In this document: positions 1-11,955 of the stretch, piece by piece
Position numbering within the stretch: the stretch's first letter is position 1
Layout: each line of letters begins with the position of its first letter
Source: Vairimorpha necatrix
Taxonomy: Eukaryota
Assembly (NCBI GenBank): GCA_036630325.1
Contig: CP142735.1
Span: forward strand, 744,001 to 808,000
Direction of reading: 5' to 3'
DNA length: 64,000 bases
Position numbers and translations under genes: made by a program
The notes under the pieces: generated by a model
Told to the model about the DNA's origin: nothing
Database searches by the model: none
Seen by the model: the letters and a program-made list of their open reading frames with translations, nothing else

Positions 1-652
1 TGCATTTTAAATTTTAAACCGAGGTTTTAACAGGGTCGGGGCTTATTCATCTAAACTCACAAAAAGACTTTTTATTTAGTTCGGCGCGTAATACATAAAA
101 AAGCTCCGTATCAATTTTCTATATATTTTTATTTAACATATGAAAATCATGTCAATCTTTACTCAATTACTTATTTAACATCAAGTCAATAAGGATTCTG
201 GATATTTAAAAATTATTATTAGTAATTTTTAGGATCTCAGCGAATTTTAAATCGTGCTTGGTGCATATTAGGTCTTTAATTAGTTTGGGATATTTTTGTC
301 ATATTGTAATATATTTTGTTTTCAAACTAATAATTAATCATTTCATTCTATCATGACATAAATATTAATATACAAGATAATGTACAAAGACCAACATGCA
401 TCATATCTTTATGAGAAAGATTGTATGATTTGCATCATATAACTTACACATCTTTATTAGCTCATTTTATGATTTGTGTAAAGCATATGGGGATATTTTA
501 CGACATATGTATTTACTTAACTGAATCAGGATTTCTTTTTAAATAATATTTGTAGTAGGACAATAACAGAAGACAAATTAAGCAGATTTAAATGCAAAAA
601 TGAATATTTATCAAGGTTTCTTGACTAGAAATTTTTTAATTTTTCACCCCAA

Positions 653-1522
653 ATGAATTTATTATTAATTTTTATTCAATTTTTCATAAACATGTTATCT
701 ATAATAAAAGCCGATGAATACATCGATGACCTATTAAGTTCAATGATTAATAAAAATTTAACTGAAGAAGTGACTTGTGCTTCATTAAAAAACAGTTTTA
801 CTGATGAAGATATGTCTTTTGAAACTATTCGAGGCTATATTGTATTTTTTTGGGACACTATTATTAATCATGATATTTTTATAAATATGACAGAGAGCAA
901 TAATTCAATATTTAGTTTTAGAGAATTGCGTAGTTTATTGAGAGATGCATATTTTAAGAAAATTAAAAGCGTATTTAGAAAAACTAAATGGAATCCTTAT
1001 TTATTAGATAATTTTTCATTTTCAGAAAAAAAATTTATATATGATATGGTAAACCTTACATTGGAATATTACAATATTCTACGTCTCTGTTATAAAGATA
1101 GAATTAATAATGCAAACTCAACTATGGATTGTGTTGAAGAAATAATTAGAGAAAATACATGCTTTATAAGGAATAATGAAACTGATCAATTCCCTACATT
1201 TGTTGTTAAAATGTGTACAGGGCAATTGTATCAGTACATAAGTTGTTATAAACATGATTGGATGGACTATGCCTTACAATATTTAAAACATAATCAGAAT
1301 CTATTATCAAAAGCTGAGTGTATTAATGATAATTATGATTTTAAAAAAATAACGTCAGAAATTACTAATGAACCTTTAAGTTATATTATGGAAGATAGAA
1401 GTTATTATAATGAAAGATATGCTTTTATAATTCTTTCGGGTTTAATCATTTGCTTAATATTAACTTTCATTGGATACATGTACCACAATAAGAAAAAAAG
1501 AACCAATAAAAATTTTATTTAA
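653..1522 (+). CDS. Hypothetical type I membrane protein, 289 aa
   Basis: Hydrophobic N-terminus (signal-peptide-like), C-terminal hydrophobic segment followed by a basic tail, CCCC before the ATG. Paralogue at 47333. Confidence 0.8.
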   Translation: MNLLLIFIQFFINMLSIIKADEYIDDLLSSMINKNLTEEVTCASLKNSFTDEDMSFETIRGYIVFFWDTIINHDIFINMTESNNSIFSFRELRSLLRDAYFKKIKSVFRKTKWNPYLLDNFSFSEKKFIYDMVNLTLEYYNILRLCYKDRINNANSTMDCVEEIIRENTCFIRNNETDQFPTFVVKMCTGQLYQYISCYKHDWMDYALQYLKHNQNLLSKAECINDNYDFKKITSEITNEPLSYIMEDRSYYNERYAFIILSGLIICLILTFIGYMYHNKKKRTNKNFI

Positions 1523-1917
1523 TAGTTATAAATTCACAGAGATCAAAATTAACCATAAAAAGTTGTTATATTTATAATAAGAATTATTAATAAGTATGAA
1601 TTTGTATATAATCAGAAAAAATAATCTTTAAATTTTTTTAGTTGACTAAATATCAACACATTTTTTATCAAATATAACAGAAACATGAAAAATTTACAAT
1701 ATAGTGTTATTAATCTACAAAAAATAACTTAAATCACTTTATCAAAAACTCAATACTTTTGAATTTGGAAGAGGGATTATTTTCACATAGGTTGTAAGTA
1801 TCAAAACTATAGATCTAAGTAAAAAAGGAGTTGATCCTAACCATCGAGTTTAAAGCTATGTTAATAAATAACATCGCAAATTTACATTATATGGTAAAAA
1901 ACAAAAAAAAAATTGAA

Positions 1918-2430
1918 GTTTTTTGCTTCTAAACAAAAAGATATCTCTTTACATAGATATACGAGGCTTTTGGCTAAAATAGATTTGTGTATGTAGGAAA
2001 CATATATTTTGTAGTTTCTTGATTTAACTCGGAGTATCCTTGGACTTAGCATCAGAAGACTGTGTTATGTTAAATTTAAAGTACACTGATAGAAAATTCA
2101 GGATATAATATCGTGCACTGCTTAAAAGGCTTGGGGTAGACATCGTCGTACAAACAACAATGACCATAACTATCATTTCTACCTCATACCACTAGCTCTC
2201 GTTTATGAAATTGCAATGATCAGTCTTTCAACGGGCTGTCCCGTCCTATATTTTCTTGTGAGATAGAGTACATTGAACCTTCTATCGCTCTACGCTGTAT
2301 AGTCTTTTAATTGGTTCTGAATTTTACCCCAGAGCGCTTTAGTCATTGGCTCAAACTATGCTGCCCAATCAAGTACCTTACGTATCAATAACTGCCCTCG
2401 AAGCTACCATGTTTTCGGTTTATAAACACT
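1918..2430 (-). mobile_element. Old, diverged copy of the SINE-like repeat body (ends approximate)
   Basis: Colinear blocks match 34299-35090, e.g. gtatccttggactt, gacatcgtcgtac, accttctatcgctctac, ggctcaaactatgc. Confidence 0.7.
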
Positions 2431-2800
2431 TTTGCCCTTGATCATCTTGTCTGAGGCTCACAAGCTCAAAACGCTCTTCTAATTTAAAATCCTTGGCTGT
2501 CAAATCAATTAAGCCGAGTCATTGGCTTAAACAAATACGTCATCCTCGACTTACAATGATGGACCAGAAAGTGTATATTTTATCTAAAATGTCATAATAT
2601 TAAAAGGTACTTATAAGACTTGCTTCCCCCTCCAATTCCTGACAACTTTGACATTAATATAAAACTAAGCATAAAAGGTCGAATTTATAGCAATTTAACG
2701 ATTGATGAGAGAGAACAAAAACAATAAAACATTTAGTAAAAGCTTTTATTTAGACACACCGAGCAGCCAGGGAGGTAGACAGTGCCACATCATCAATCAC

Positions 2801-3578
2801 TTTTTTTTCTTTGCAAGTAAGAAGTAGGGAGAGACCTTACATAGGGGCCGGGGGATTCTGGCATGGTTCTTATCCAACTGGTTCTTTATGATCCTTAATC
2901 ATAAAAACCCCCCTCTATACAACATGCCGGGCAGCAAGCTCCGCTGTATCCATTTGTCATTGGCTATAAAAGAACACTTTCCATTTATTCCTAAATCGCA
3001 TCCAGAGTGACCTCACGGCTGATATACTCAACGGACATGGTTATCTATAACACGGGGAGAGACATCATCGTACTAACTCAAATGTCCCCACTACCATTTG
3101 TATCGCACACATGCCCACATCACCAGCCGGAATTTTTATCTGGCTGAGTTGACCATCAGTCTCCCACTAGTTTCGGCCACCGTGTTACAGAATCATGTAG
3201 GATAGGGTCCACGAGACCTTCTATTGACCTACTTCGTCTAGTCTCTTAGTTAACTTTAGGATCCCACTCTAGAGTGCACCAGCCATGGGCTCCAACTATG
3301 CTTTACTCATTAAATACTTTTTTGTTATACTAAGTCCCCACAAGGGTGATACTGTTTTTCAGGCCTTGAGGTGCGTTTCTACACTAGATGCTAATCCCCT
3401 TGTGGCTGGACACACACAAATTCCATTGAATCAACTTAATGATTATCGTGGTCATTTTCATCAGCTGAGTTGTTCCAACTGCATCATAGAAAGTAGAAAC
3501 AATTTATATGCCCCTGGGATTCGAACCCAGCCATTGCTCAATGGAAGCATTGCATTTTACCACTGTGCTAAGGACACC
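2801..3578 (-). mobile_element. tRNA-headed SINE-like element, near full length
   Basis: Minus strand starts GGTGTCCTTAGCACAGTGGT (A box), contains GGTTCGAATCCC (B box) and ends in oligo-A. Flanks catcaatcac / ttctaatcac form a degenerate TSD. Confidence 0.8.
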
Positions 3579-3588
3579 TTCTAATCAC

Positions 3589-3760
3589 ATTACGGCTGGA
3601 CGCACACAAGTTTCATTGAACTAAAAATATGATTATCTTTATCATTATGATCTTCTGAGTTGTTCCAACTGCACTAAAAAAAAAAAAAATGCTCTCTCGT
3701 GGATTCGAACATGGACACATCATCTTCGAGTTCTTTCTTTTGCCTCGCCCCACAACACTC
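3589..3760 (-). repeat. 5' part of a second, related short element interrupted by the SINE-like insertion; probable 3' part at ~2745-2800
   Basis: B-box GTTCGAATCC on the minus strand, followed by a ~100-nt segment homologous to the segment after the SINE head (gagttgttccaactgca, cacacaagtttcattgaa). Confidence 0.5.
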
Positions 3761-3825
3761 TATATTTCTTTTTATATCCCATTTCTAGGCCGTGTCATAT
3801 ATATTTTTTTTTATCTTCCTTGCCC

Positions 3826-4095
3826 ATGCTTGATATTTCTTTTATTTGTTTAATTTGTTCTAAGGAGCATCCAAAATTAATTAAACTCAGTGCTCACACT
3901 TATACCCATTTTAATATCAAGAAATTTGAATGCAGTTTTTGTAAGAAATCATTTTCTAAGAAAGGCGGCCTTACACGACATCTTAACATACACACAAAGC
4001 TTTATACATTTACTTGTGAGATTTGTAACAGTAATTACAGCACAAAAAGCAATTTAGACAGACACAAGTGGATTGCACACCCGCACATGACATAA
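3826..4095 (+). CDS. Small protein with three C2H2 zinc fingers
   Basis: CLIC..HTYTH, CSFC..HLNIH, CEIC..HKWIAH. ATG at 3826 directly follows CCC. Confidence 0.85.
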   Translation: MLDISFICLICSKEHPKLIKLSAHTYTHFNIKKFECSFCKKSFSKKGGLTRHLNIHTKLYTFTCEICNSNYSTKSNLDRHKWIAHPHMT

Positions 4096-5233
4096 ATAAA
4101 TATAATTATACACTAAAGCAATTATGTATTTATATTTGACAAAGACATCGGCAAATAATATTGTTAGTCTTATGTATGTGCGGCTATTTTCCTATGTAAA
4201 GCATTGTTATTATAGTTCAAATATTTACAAAACAAAATATATATTGATTATGGGACCGAAAAAGTCTAAATTAGAAGGGGGTATGTCAACCTTGTATATT
4301 TGTTTTTTTGGATGCTTTACTTTATAAAGTTATCATATTTGGCTTGTTATTTGGTGTAACTCAAATTTGGGCACTAGTTTGATTGTTTGCATTCCTCAAA
4401 ATTAAGTAGAAATCAATGACAACTAGTACATATAAAAAAAGATTATAAATGTATTAGGTTTTAAAACATGATCTGTGGCCGTAATAGAAAACATTTAAAT
4501 ATCGTAAAAAAAAAACAAGCAATTTCTAATTCATTTTTTTTTTTTGAAATTGGGGCTGGCTAAAGAAGCATTAATATATTACATTACAAGTACCAAGTAA
4601 AAAATTGTTTTATAAAACATGTGATACACTTGTTTTGGATTTTATAAAAATACATCCAATGTTGGGGAATTGAACTGAGGTCGACCAAAAAACAATTCGG
4701 GGGTTTCCTTTTTAAATCAAATAAGCATACTTAAAATACAAATTTTAAAATGTAAAATGTCAGTTTAACTTTTCTTGTTCAAGCAGGGACTTCCTTTTAT
4801 ACTTTACTGAGCATTTATATGAACAATATTATTTATTTTATTATCGATTAAATTCTGTATAGATTGTTGTAATTTTATATATATTTTTGTATTTAGTCTC
4901 ATTTTAAAATTTTTTTCAGAAATTTCCTATTAACATGCGGCAACATATCATTTATTTAACGATTTAATACTACAACAAGTAAAAAAATAATATAATATTC
5001 AAATACTATTTATTTTTAATTTTAAAAATTGATAATTAATAGTAATCTCTCCATACTCTCGTAGATTTGTATTGTTTTTTGAGGATAAAATTTTATGTTT
5101 AAAATGAACTATTAAATAAATCCTGTTTCATATATTAACATTTGTAAGATCCCTTAATTCTCTAAATAAATACTTTATTAATTTTCTTCCTTTTTTTGTA
5201 ATATTTCTTGTATTTTCTCGTATTGTTCTAATT

Positions 5234-7806
5234 CAGGGGTCGGCAACGAAGCGCCCGTTTTCATTTTTCACATATAGAAAAAATTTTAAAATTTTAATAT
5301 TTTATTTTTTAAAATAAATTTGGTCAATTACATTTTTAATGCTAAATATTGGAGTACATTATAAGGAGTTGATGTGCTTTTCGTTAAGCAAAAAGACCTT
5401 TCACCAAAATTTTTTTACATATGATGATTATAACAATAAAATTATTTATTTCAATTATAAAATTCTTTAAAATTTATTTTGACAATAATTATGCCATAAA
5501 ACATGCTAATGCAACGTTCAATAAATTTTCAAAATTTATTACAAATTTTTTTTGCCTCTTTATGGAACTTTCAAAAAAAGAAGAAATTATCAATTCAATA
5601 ATTTATGGGAAGAAGATTTTTTCTTTATAGAATTTCAAGGTAGGGGTATTTGTTTATTGTGCAACAAAAGCATTGCAATATGCAAAAAAAGTAACTTAGA
5701 ACGACACTTCAATAGTTTGCATGAAAATATAAATCTTGAATACCCACTGAAGTCCGAACTGCGAAAAAGTAAGTTGATATCTTTAAAATCAGCAATTGTA
5801 AAACAGCAGAGATGTTTTACAAAGCCAAAAGAGCTTTCAAAGGCGGCTACTGTAGCTTCAATAAAAGTTGCACATCTGTTGGCTAAGAAAAAAACCCCTT
5901 TACTGATGCAGAAATTATAAAAGAAGCTGTGAAACAGCGGCGGAATCTCCTTTTGAAAATTTTGAAAACAAGACAGAAATTTTAAAAGCTATTAATATGT
6001 TGCAGTTATCAGCTAGATTGCACTAAGAAGAATAGAATTAATTGCTAATAATTTAGAATTAGAATTAGATGAAGACTTAAGAAATTGTATGTATTTCTCT
6101 TTTCAGCTTGATGAATCTACCGATGTAGTTGACACAGCACAACTAATTGTTTCTATAAAAATGGTATTTAATGACTTTTCAACTAAAGAGCAATTTTTGA
6201 AAATTCTACCTCAAACTGTTCGTACAACGGGAAAAGACATTTTTTCTTTATTTAAAAAATTTATTGTCGATAAAAATATACCACTTCCAAAACTTTCTTC
6301 TATTACTACTGATGGTGCACGAGCAATGGTCGGAAAAGAAAGCGGATTTATTGGTTTATGTAGAAAAGATTTTTTGTTTCCAAAGTATATTTCATCAACA
6401 AGTTTTATTTTCAAAAAGTGTTAATTTTAATTATATTTTTTTAATTGTTACTAAAATTATAAATTCGATAAGAGCCAAAGCAACTCAACATAGGCTGTTT
6501 AAGCTGCTTATGAAGGAAGAAAAAGCAGATTAAAAGATTTAGTTTTTCATATAGAAGTGATATGTCTTAGCCGAGGCAAAGTTCTTGAACGCTTTATTAA
6601 GCTTTTACCTCAAATAAAGGAATTTATTGCAATGAGAAATGAAACTTATATAGAATTAGAAAATAAAAGTTCGTTATTAGATCTTGGATTTTTAGCGGAT
6701 ATCACAATGAAATTTAACGAACTAAATTTAAAATTACAACAAAAGAATTCACATATTGCAGATATGATAAGCTTAATTAATTCTTTTGCAAATATGTTAG
6801 AACTTTTTAAAATACATTTAATGAAGAAATCCTTATCTCCTTTCAAAATACTAAGTAAATGATTGAAAAAATAAACTTTTGTATTCATGAATTCGATCTT
6901 ACCTTGTACATAGGCGCAATAGATTTATTACTGATTGCGTTTTCGAAAAGAATTCATGATTTTCGATCATTAAAGGAAGTAATTTTATTTTTTGTTAATC
7001 CTTTTAATGTTTTTGATTCTGATTTACCAGTAAAAATTTCTAATTTTTTTCATATAGTTATTATGGACGACTTAGAAATTGAAATTATTAATTTGAAGAA
7101 TGATATAGTTTTAAAATCTCATTATTTAGACAAGGACTTTTGGTAATTGGTTTCAGATAATAGTTTTCCCATTTTAAGAAAATGTGCACTCAAAATATTT
7201 TCATATTGTGGAACCACATATAATTGTGAAGCTCTTTTTTCGAATATGACGTATTTAAAATCAAAATATCAAACACAACTTACGGACAAACATTTAGATA
7301 ACTGTTTAAGAGCTGCCAATTCATCCTATATCATTAATTATGACCAAATTGTAGATGACATGCAAAATCAAGTATCTCATTAAAAAGTATTGTTTCTAAG
7401 TATTTCTCTACACGTAGTTAGTTTTTGTCATTTCTTCGAGATTTAATCGAAAACAAAATTTAAACCTCTTTTCAAAGTAATTATGAAGAAAGTTGCTTCG
7501 CATTCTTGTCAAAACAATGTCTATTAAATCTATATAAAACCGTTGAATTTATTATTTTTCGATTCTTTTAATCACTTAAAAAAACTCTTGTAAAAAAATT
7601 TATACTTGTTAAAGATGCCTATCTTTAAAAAAATATTGAAAAAAATCATAATCGTATTATTCGCTACGAAATGTTTTTTTTAAAAAGAATTCCAGAGCAT
7701 TATTTTAATTTTCTTGAATATTTTTTTGAGCTTAACCCCGTTTTTCGTTTTAAGATTGTGAAATTGCCCATTTCAAACTTTATTTCAAAAAGGTTGCCGA
7801 CCCCTG
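5234..7806 (+). mobile_element. hAT DNA transposon (Buster/Charlie-like), defective
   Basis: Perfect 14-bp TIR CAGGGGTCGGCAAC at 5234 and its reverse complement ending at 7806. Flanking 8-mers differ (TTCTAATT vs CTCTATAG). Confidence 0.9.
5562..7383 (+). pseudogene. hAT transposase (GTF2IRD2/Buster-like), frameshifted
   Basis: Fragments in different frames carry CLLC..NLERHF, FQLDESTD, ITTDGA, SRGKVL and CEALFS motifs. Confidence 0.9.
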
Positions 7807-7860
7807 CTCTATAGAAATTTTTCTATCGGTGTTCGTTGCCTTATTAAATTTTTTATTTTA

Positions 7861-10800
7861 TGTTATATATCCTTATTATTTTTACCCCTCATTATGGAAA
7901 ATAAACACATGGGGGCGATACCAGAAAATGGGTCTACAAAGGAGGACCGTGGCCAAGAGGCTAGAATATTATTAAAAGAGGTTAAAAGGATTGTTTATGA
8001 GTTGTTTTTAGAGAAAATTGATGAGTGTGGATTTAAATTAGAAATTTTTAGGAGAGGTTCTATTTTATTGAGAAATTTTATTGTTGAGAGGATCTCGCAA
8101 GAGGGTAGTTGGAAGGAAATTGAGGAAAAATTAGAGTTGCTAGCTATTCAGGAGGAAAAGGAACAAGTGAGAAAAAAAGAATTTGAAGAGTTGTCCCTAG
8201 CGTTATGGGCTAAATTTGAGGAGAAGAATAAGTTGTCTCGTGAGGAAAATAAAAAGAATATGCGTTGCTACAATTGTGGGAAGTTAGGCCATAGTGTTAG
8301 ATTTTGTAGGGGAATGAGGCGAGATTCTGAAGACAGAAGAAATAAAAGTAGTTTTAATTATGTTGGTAAATGTAAAGTGCAATTAGACTTAGGGGGTAAA
8401 TGTGATGACGATTCCAATTCGGACAAATGTGATTATTATAATGTTGATGGTGGAAAACGTAAGAAGAAAAATTTAGGGGATATACAAGATTATAGCAAAA
8501 GGGACAATAATAAGAGAGTTCTGTTGAGAAGGGATGTAAGAGGCATCGCGTATTTAGAGGAGATTATTTCACGGGTAGGAGAAAGAGAGGATGAAGATAT
8601 TAGTTTTTGTAAGGTTGAAAAATGTATTATCAAGACTCAAGAAGGCAAGAAAGTTGTTAAAAAAGGGCAGGCTATAGCTCAGGCTTTGTTGAAGAAGACG
8701 GAAGATTATATTAATAGTTTGGAAAGAAGAAAGATAATTAGAAGGTCGACATCTGACTGGAGAAATCCCATTAGAGCGATTGAGAAACCGAATGGTGATA
8801 TAAGATTAGTAAGTAATTTAATTGCTCTTAATGACATTGTAGAGAAGGATCCTTATGAGTTAACTAGGATAAGAGATGTTATTAGAAGTACACAGGGATC
8901 TGAATTTTTTACCGTGATAGATCTAAAGGAGGGGTTTTATAGTATTGAGATTGAAGAGAAGGATAGGTTTAAGACGGCTTTTGAGTTTAATAAAAAGGTA
9001 TACGAGTGGAATTCGATGGTCATGGGGTTTAAAAACTCTCCGCAGATATTACAAAGAATAATGAATGGGATTTTTGAAAAATTTATTGGTAAGGGAATCG
9101 AAATTTATATGGACGATATTGTGATTCATAGTAAGACAAGAGAGGGTCACGACAAATTGTTGAAAGAGGCTGTGGATATATTAGAGGAGAATAATATGAA
9201 AATTAATTTGGCTAAGGTTCAATTATGTAAACGAGAGGTGATGTTGTTAGGAGTAACAGTTAATGGCAAGGAGATACTGCCATCTGAAATAAAGCAAAAT
9301 GAAGCGTTAGAATTTCCCAAACCGGAGTGTGTATCAGATGTTAGGAAATTTCTTGGGCTGGCTGGATGGTTTAGAAATCATATTGATAATTATGCAAAAC
9401 GTACATTGGCGTTGACGGATTCTCTTAAAGGACGAGCAAGTAATTGGAAATGGACAGAAGAAATGGGAAAAGAATATATTAGTTTAAGGGAAGTGATTAG
9501 GGATTTAAAAGGTTTAGCAATTGTTAATTATAATAAGGAATTTTTGTTACGCACGGATGCGAGTAATGTTGGAATGGGTGCTGTTTTAATGCAGGAAGAT
9601 GATCAAGGTAATTGGGTGCCAGTACAGTGGGCATCAAAAAAGTTTACGCCTACGGAAACGAGATATGGAATCAGTGAGAAGGAGATGTATGCAGTCTTTT
9701 GGGGAATTAAAAAGTTTGAATATGAACTACGCGGAAGAAGATTTAGGGTAGAAACTGATCATAAGGCATTGATCGAGATTAGAAATAAACCAGCATTTAA
9801 CAATAATAGAATTAACAGGTGGATTGAAAAGATTCAAGAGTTCGACTTTAGCATTGAATATAGAGAGCCTAGTACCATGGTTGTAGCAGATGCACTGAGT
9901 AGGGTACATGAAAATGAGAAAACGCTAATGAATAAGGAGAGAAGTATTAAACAGGCACAGGGTAAATGGGACAAGCATGTTAAAGTTGTTGATGGGAAGG
10001 AAATTTGGGTATTTGACTCTGGTAGAGAAGCGGAGATTCCAAAGAAAGAATTGCGTGAAGGTTTAATTGTCAATGCTCATGAAAATTTGGGACATAGAAG
10101 TTTAGGATCAGTGTACTATGCAATGAAGTTTGAATTTTATTGGCCGGGTATGAAGAAGGATATCGAGGATGTTTTAAAGAAGTGTGAAGTTTGCCAAATA
10201 TATAATAGGAAAAAGAGTGGTGGTTGTGATTTTGTTAGTTCAAGATTTTATTTGGAAAAGGTTGCTTTGGATTTGATTGAGTTTAGAGATTTAGGGAAAT
10301 ATGTGTTGGTCGTGATTGATTATTATACTAGGATCGTTTGGGGAAAAGTAATAGAGGACAAACGCGGAAGCTCGGTTGTAGGATTTTTAAAACAGTTGTG
10401 TGGATCAGGAATGAAACCGGTAGAAATAATTACTGACAACGGTAAAGAATTTAGTATTGAATATATGAGGAATTGGTGTTCAGAGGAAAATGTATTACAT
10501 AGGAAAGTAAGCGTAGAAAGTCATAGAAGTAATGGAAGAGTGGAAAGGGTAATAGGAACCATAAGAGAAGGAATATTGAAAGATGATGCTGTGGATTTTG
10601 AAGCCAAGGTTAATAGATGTATATGGCGTTATAATAACAGCTATCATGAAGGGTTGAGATGTACACCATTTGAGGCCTCAAGAGACGAAACGGGCCATGT
10701 TATGATCGAGAATGGACCTGAAGGATTTTATAGTAGGAGGCTTGTGGCTCGCAAAAGAGAGAAATTCTATAAAGGTCAGAGAGTTAGGGTAGCGAAGAAA

Positions 10801-11044
10801 GAGAACTTATCGGGTTGTAGTAAGTATGAGAAAGGAAGGTTTTTAGGATATGGTGTTATCAAGGAAGTTTGCGGAGGTGGCTCGTACTTAGTTAGTTTGG
10901 AAAATGGTAGGATCGTGAAAAAGCGGCATTATGATTTAAAAGGTCTGCTTGGGATTAATGAGTTCTAGTATGAGACTACCGTCTTGGAGGGGGGATGTTA
11001 TATATCCTTATTATTTTTACCCCTCATTATGGAAAATAAACACA
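7861..11044 (+). mobile_element. Ty3/gypsy LTR retrotransposon, 3184 bp, 49-bp LTRs
   Basis: Identical TG..CA direct repeats at 7861-7909 and 10996-11044. TSD TTTTA. PBS-like TGGGGGC at 7910. PPT GGAGGGGGGA at 10986-10995. Confidence 0.95.
7894..10968 (+). CDS. Gag-Pol polyprotein (zinc knuckle, RT, RNase H, integrase; no recognisable protease)
   Basis: CYNCGKLGHSVRFC, YMDD, TDAS/TDH/ADALSR, H..H..CEVC, ALDL/ITDNG/VER. Confidence 0.93.
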   Translation: MENKHMGAIPENGSTKEDRGQEARILLKEVKRIVYELFLEKIDECGFKLEIFRRGSILLRNFIVERISQEGSWKEIEEKLELLAIQEEKEQVRKKEFEELSLALWAKFEEKNKLSREENKKNMRCYNCGKLGHSVRFCRGMRRDSEDRRNKSSFNYVGKCKVQLDLGGKCDDDSNSDKCDYYNVDGGKRKKKNLGDIQDYSKRDNNKRVLLRRDVRGIAYLEEIISRVGEREDEDISFCKVEKCIIKTQEGKKVVKKGQAIAQALLKKTEDYINSLERRKIIRRSTSDWRNPIRAIEKPNGDIRLVSNLIALNDIVEKDPYELTRIRDVIRSTQGSEFFTVIDLKEGFYSIEIEEKDRFKTAFEFNKKVYEWNSMVMGFKNSPQILQRIMNGIFEKFIGKGIEIYMDDIVIHSKTREGHDKLLKEAVDILEENNMKINLAKVQLCKREVMLLGVTVNGKEILPSEIKQNEALEFPKPECVSDVRKFLGLAGWFRNHIDNYAKRTLALTDSLKGRASNWKWTEEMGKEYISLREVIRDLKGLAIVNYNKEFLLRTDASNVGMGAVLMQEDDQGNWVPVQWASKKFTPTETRYGISEKEMYAVFWGIKKFEYELRGRRFRVETDHKALIEIRNKPAFNNNRINRWIEKIQEFDFSIEYREPSTMVVADALSRVHENEKTLMNKERSIKQAQGKWDKHVKVVDGKEIWVFDSGREAEIPKKELREGLIVNAHENLGHRSLGSVYYAMKFEFYWPGMKKDIEDVLKKCEVCQIYNRKKSGGCDFVSSRFYLEKVALDLIEFRDLGKYVLVVIDYYTRIVWGKVIEDKRGSSVVGFLKQLCGSGMKPVEIITDNGKEFSIEYMRNWCSEENVLHRKVSVESHRSNGRVERVIGTIREGILKDDAVDFEAKVNRCIWRYNNSYHEGLRCTPFEASRDETGHVMIENGPEGFYSRRLVARKREKFYKGQRVRVAKKENLSGCSKYEKGRFLGYGVIKEVCGGGSYLVSLENGRIVKKRHYDLKGLLGINEF

Positions 11045-11955
11045 TTTTATTTGTAATTTTTGTTCCTTCCTCGACATTTTTTCTCCTCCATTTTTGGAAA
11101 AAAGGGGCAAAAAAAAAAACCTTATACCGAAAATTTTCTCCATAAGCCGACATTGGCCTGAACTTCTACTAAAATTGCTGAACAGTATTCTTATATAAAA
11201 AATAAAATACATAAAAAGTTTATCTTTGAAGGGCACGGAACATTAGAGGATCAAGAACACCATCAATAAAGTCATTAATAATAACAATATCTTAGAGAGT
11301 TATTTTAAATATAGCAAAGTCCCCTCTAAACAGATAAGATTTTCTAATTCTTTTTTATTTTGTTTAAAAAAATAGTGTAAAAATAAGAACTAAAAGTTGT
11401 TGAAATGACAGGAATCAAATTTTTAAAAAAATAAAAAATGTTAAGTAATATATAAATTAAAAAAAATTATTTTAGTTAAACAATTAAGACAGAAATGTAC
11501 AAAATATGGTTTAAATAAAGACGAAGTATCAAATTAAACTGATTATACAAAATATAAGTGTCTAAAATGTAGGCATATATGTTAACGTTGGCCGAAATAT
11601 GAGGTTTAAAGTATTCTTTTTATTATTGCCCATCTCCGAAATTCGAAGATGTATTTATATTTATTTCTGAAACATTGTTTCGGTTTGTTCTTGTTTCAGA
11701 TGTCAATAAGACAATCTGAATCGTCCGGATTATCCGAAGTCTACATATGTGAACGTTTTAAGGAACATAAATAAGAAATTTTACTTCTTCATTCCTCTAT
11801 AAATAACCTATAAATTTACAAAAATACTAATTTTTTATACATAGTAAAAAATTATAAAACCGAACCTAAAATCTGTTTTTATTAACATAAAATAATTAAA
11901 ATTATTATCAGCATTTTAATAATTATATGACATAAGAAGCAAGAATATTTTTATG

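Larger units (their letters stand above)
1..5233 (+). repeat. Segmental duplication, copy A (left end lies beyond the window)
   Basis: Colinear near-identity with 46678-55957 once the LTR element in copy B is removed. Homology stops exactly at the hAT left TIR (5234). Confidence 0.95.
7807..11158 (+). mobile_element. Right-end remnant of a Merlin element (7807-7860 plus 11045-11158), split by the Ty3/gypsy insertion
   Basis: 7829-7858 reads VFVALLNFLF, like the transposase end VFEALINFLF. 11070-11158 matches the TIR of the 32319-33340 element. Confidence 0.75.

Noticed and set aside
1960-2000. GGCTTTTGGCTAA resembling U2 snRNA (also ATCGCTT..GCCTTTT near 20673)
   Set aside because: No GTGTAGTA branch-recognition sequence; the first site lies within an old SINE-like copy.
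3455-3470. CTGATGA on the minus strand, suggesting a hammerhead ribozyme
   Set aside because: Not conserved in the other two near-full-length copies, and I could not assemble the flanking stems.
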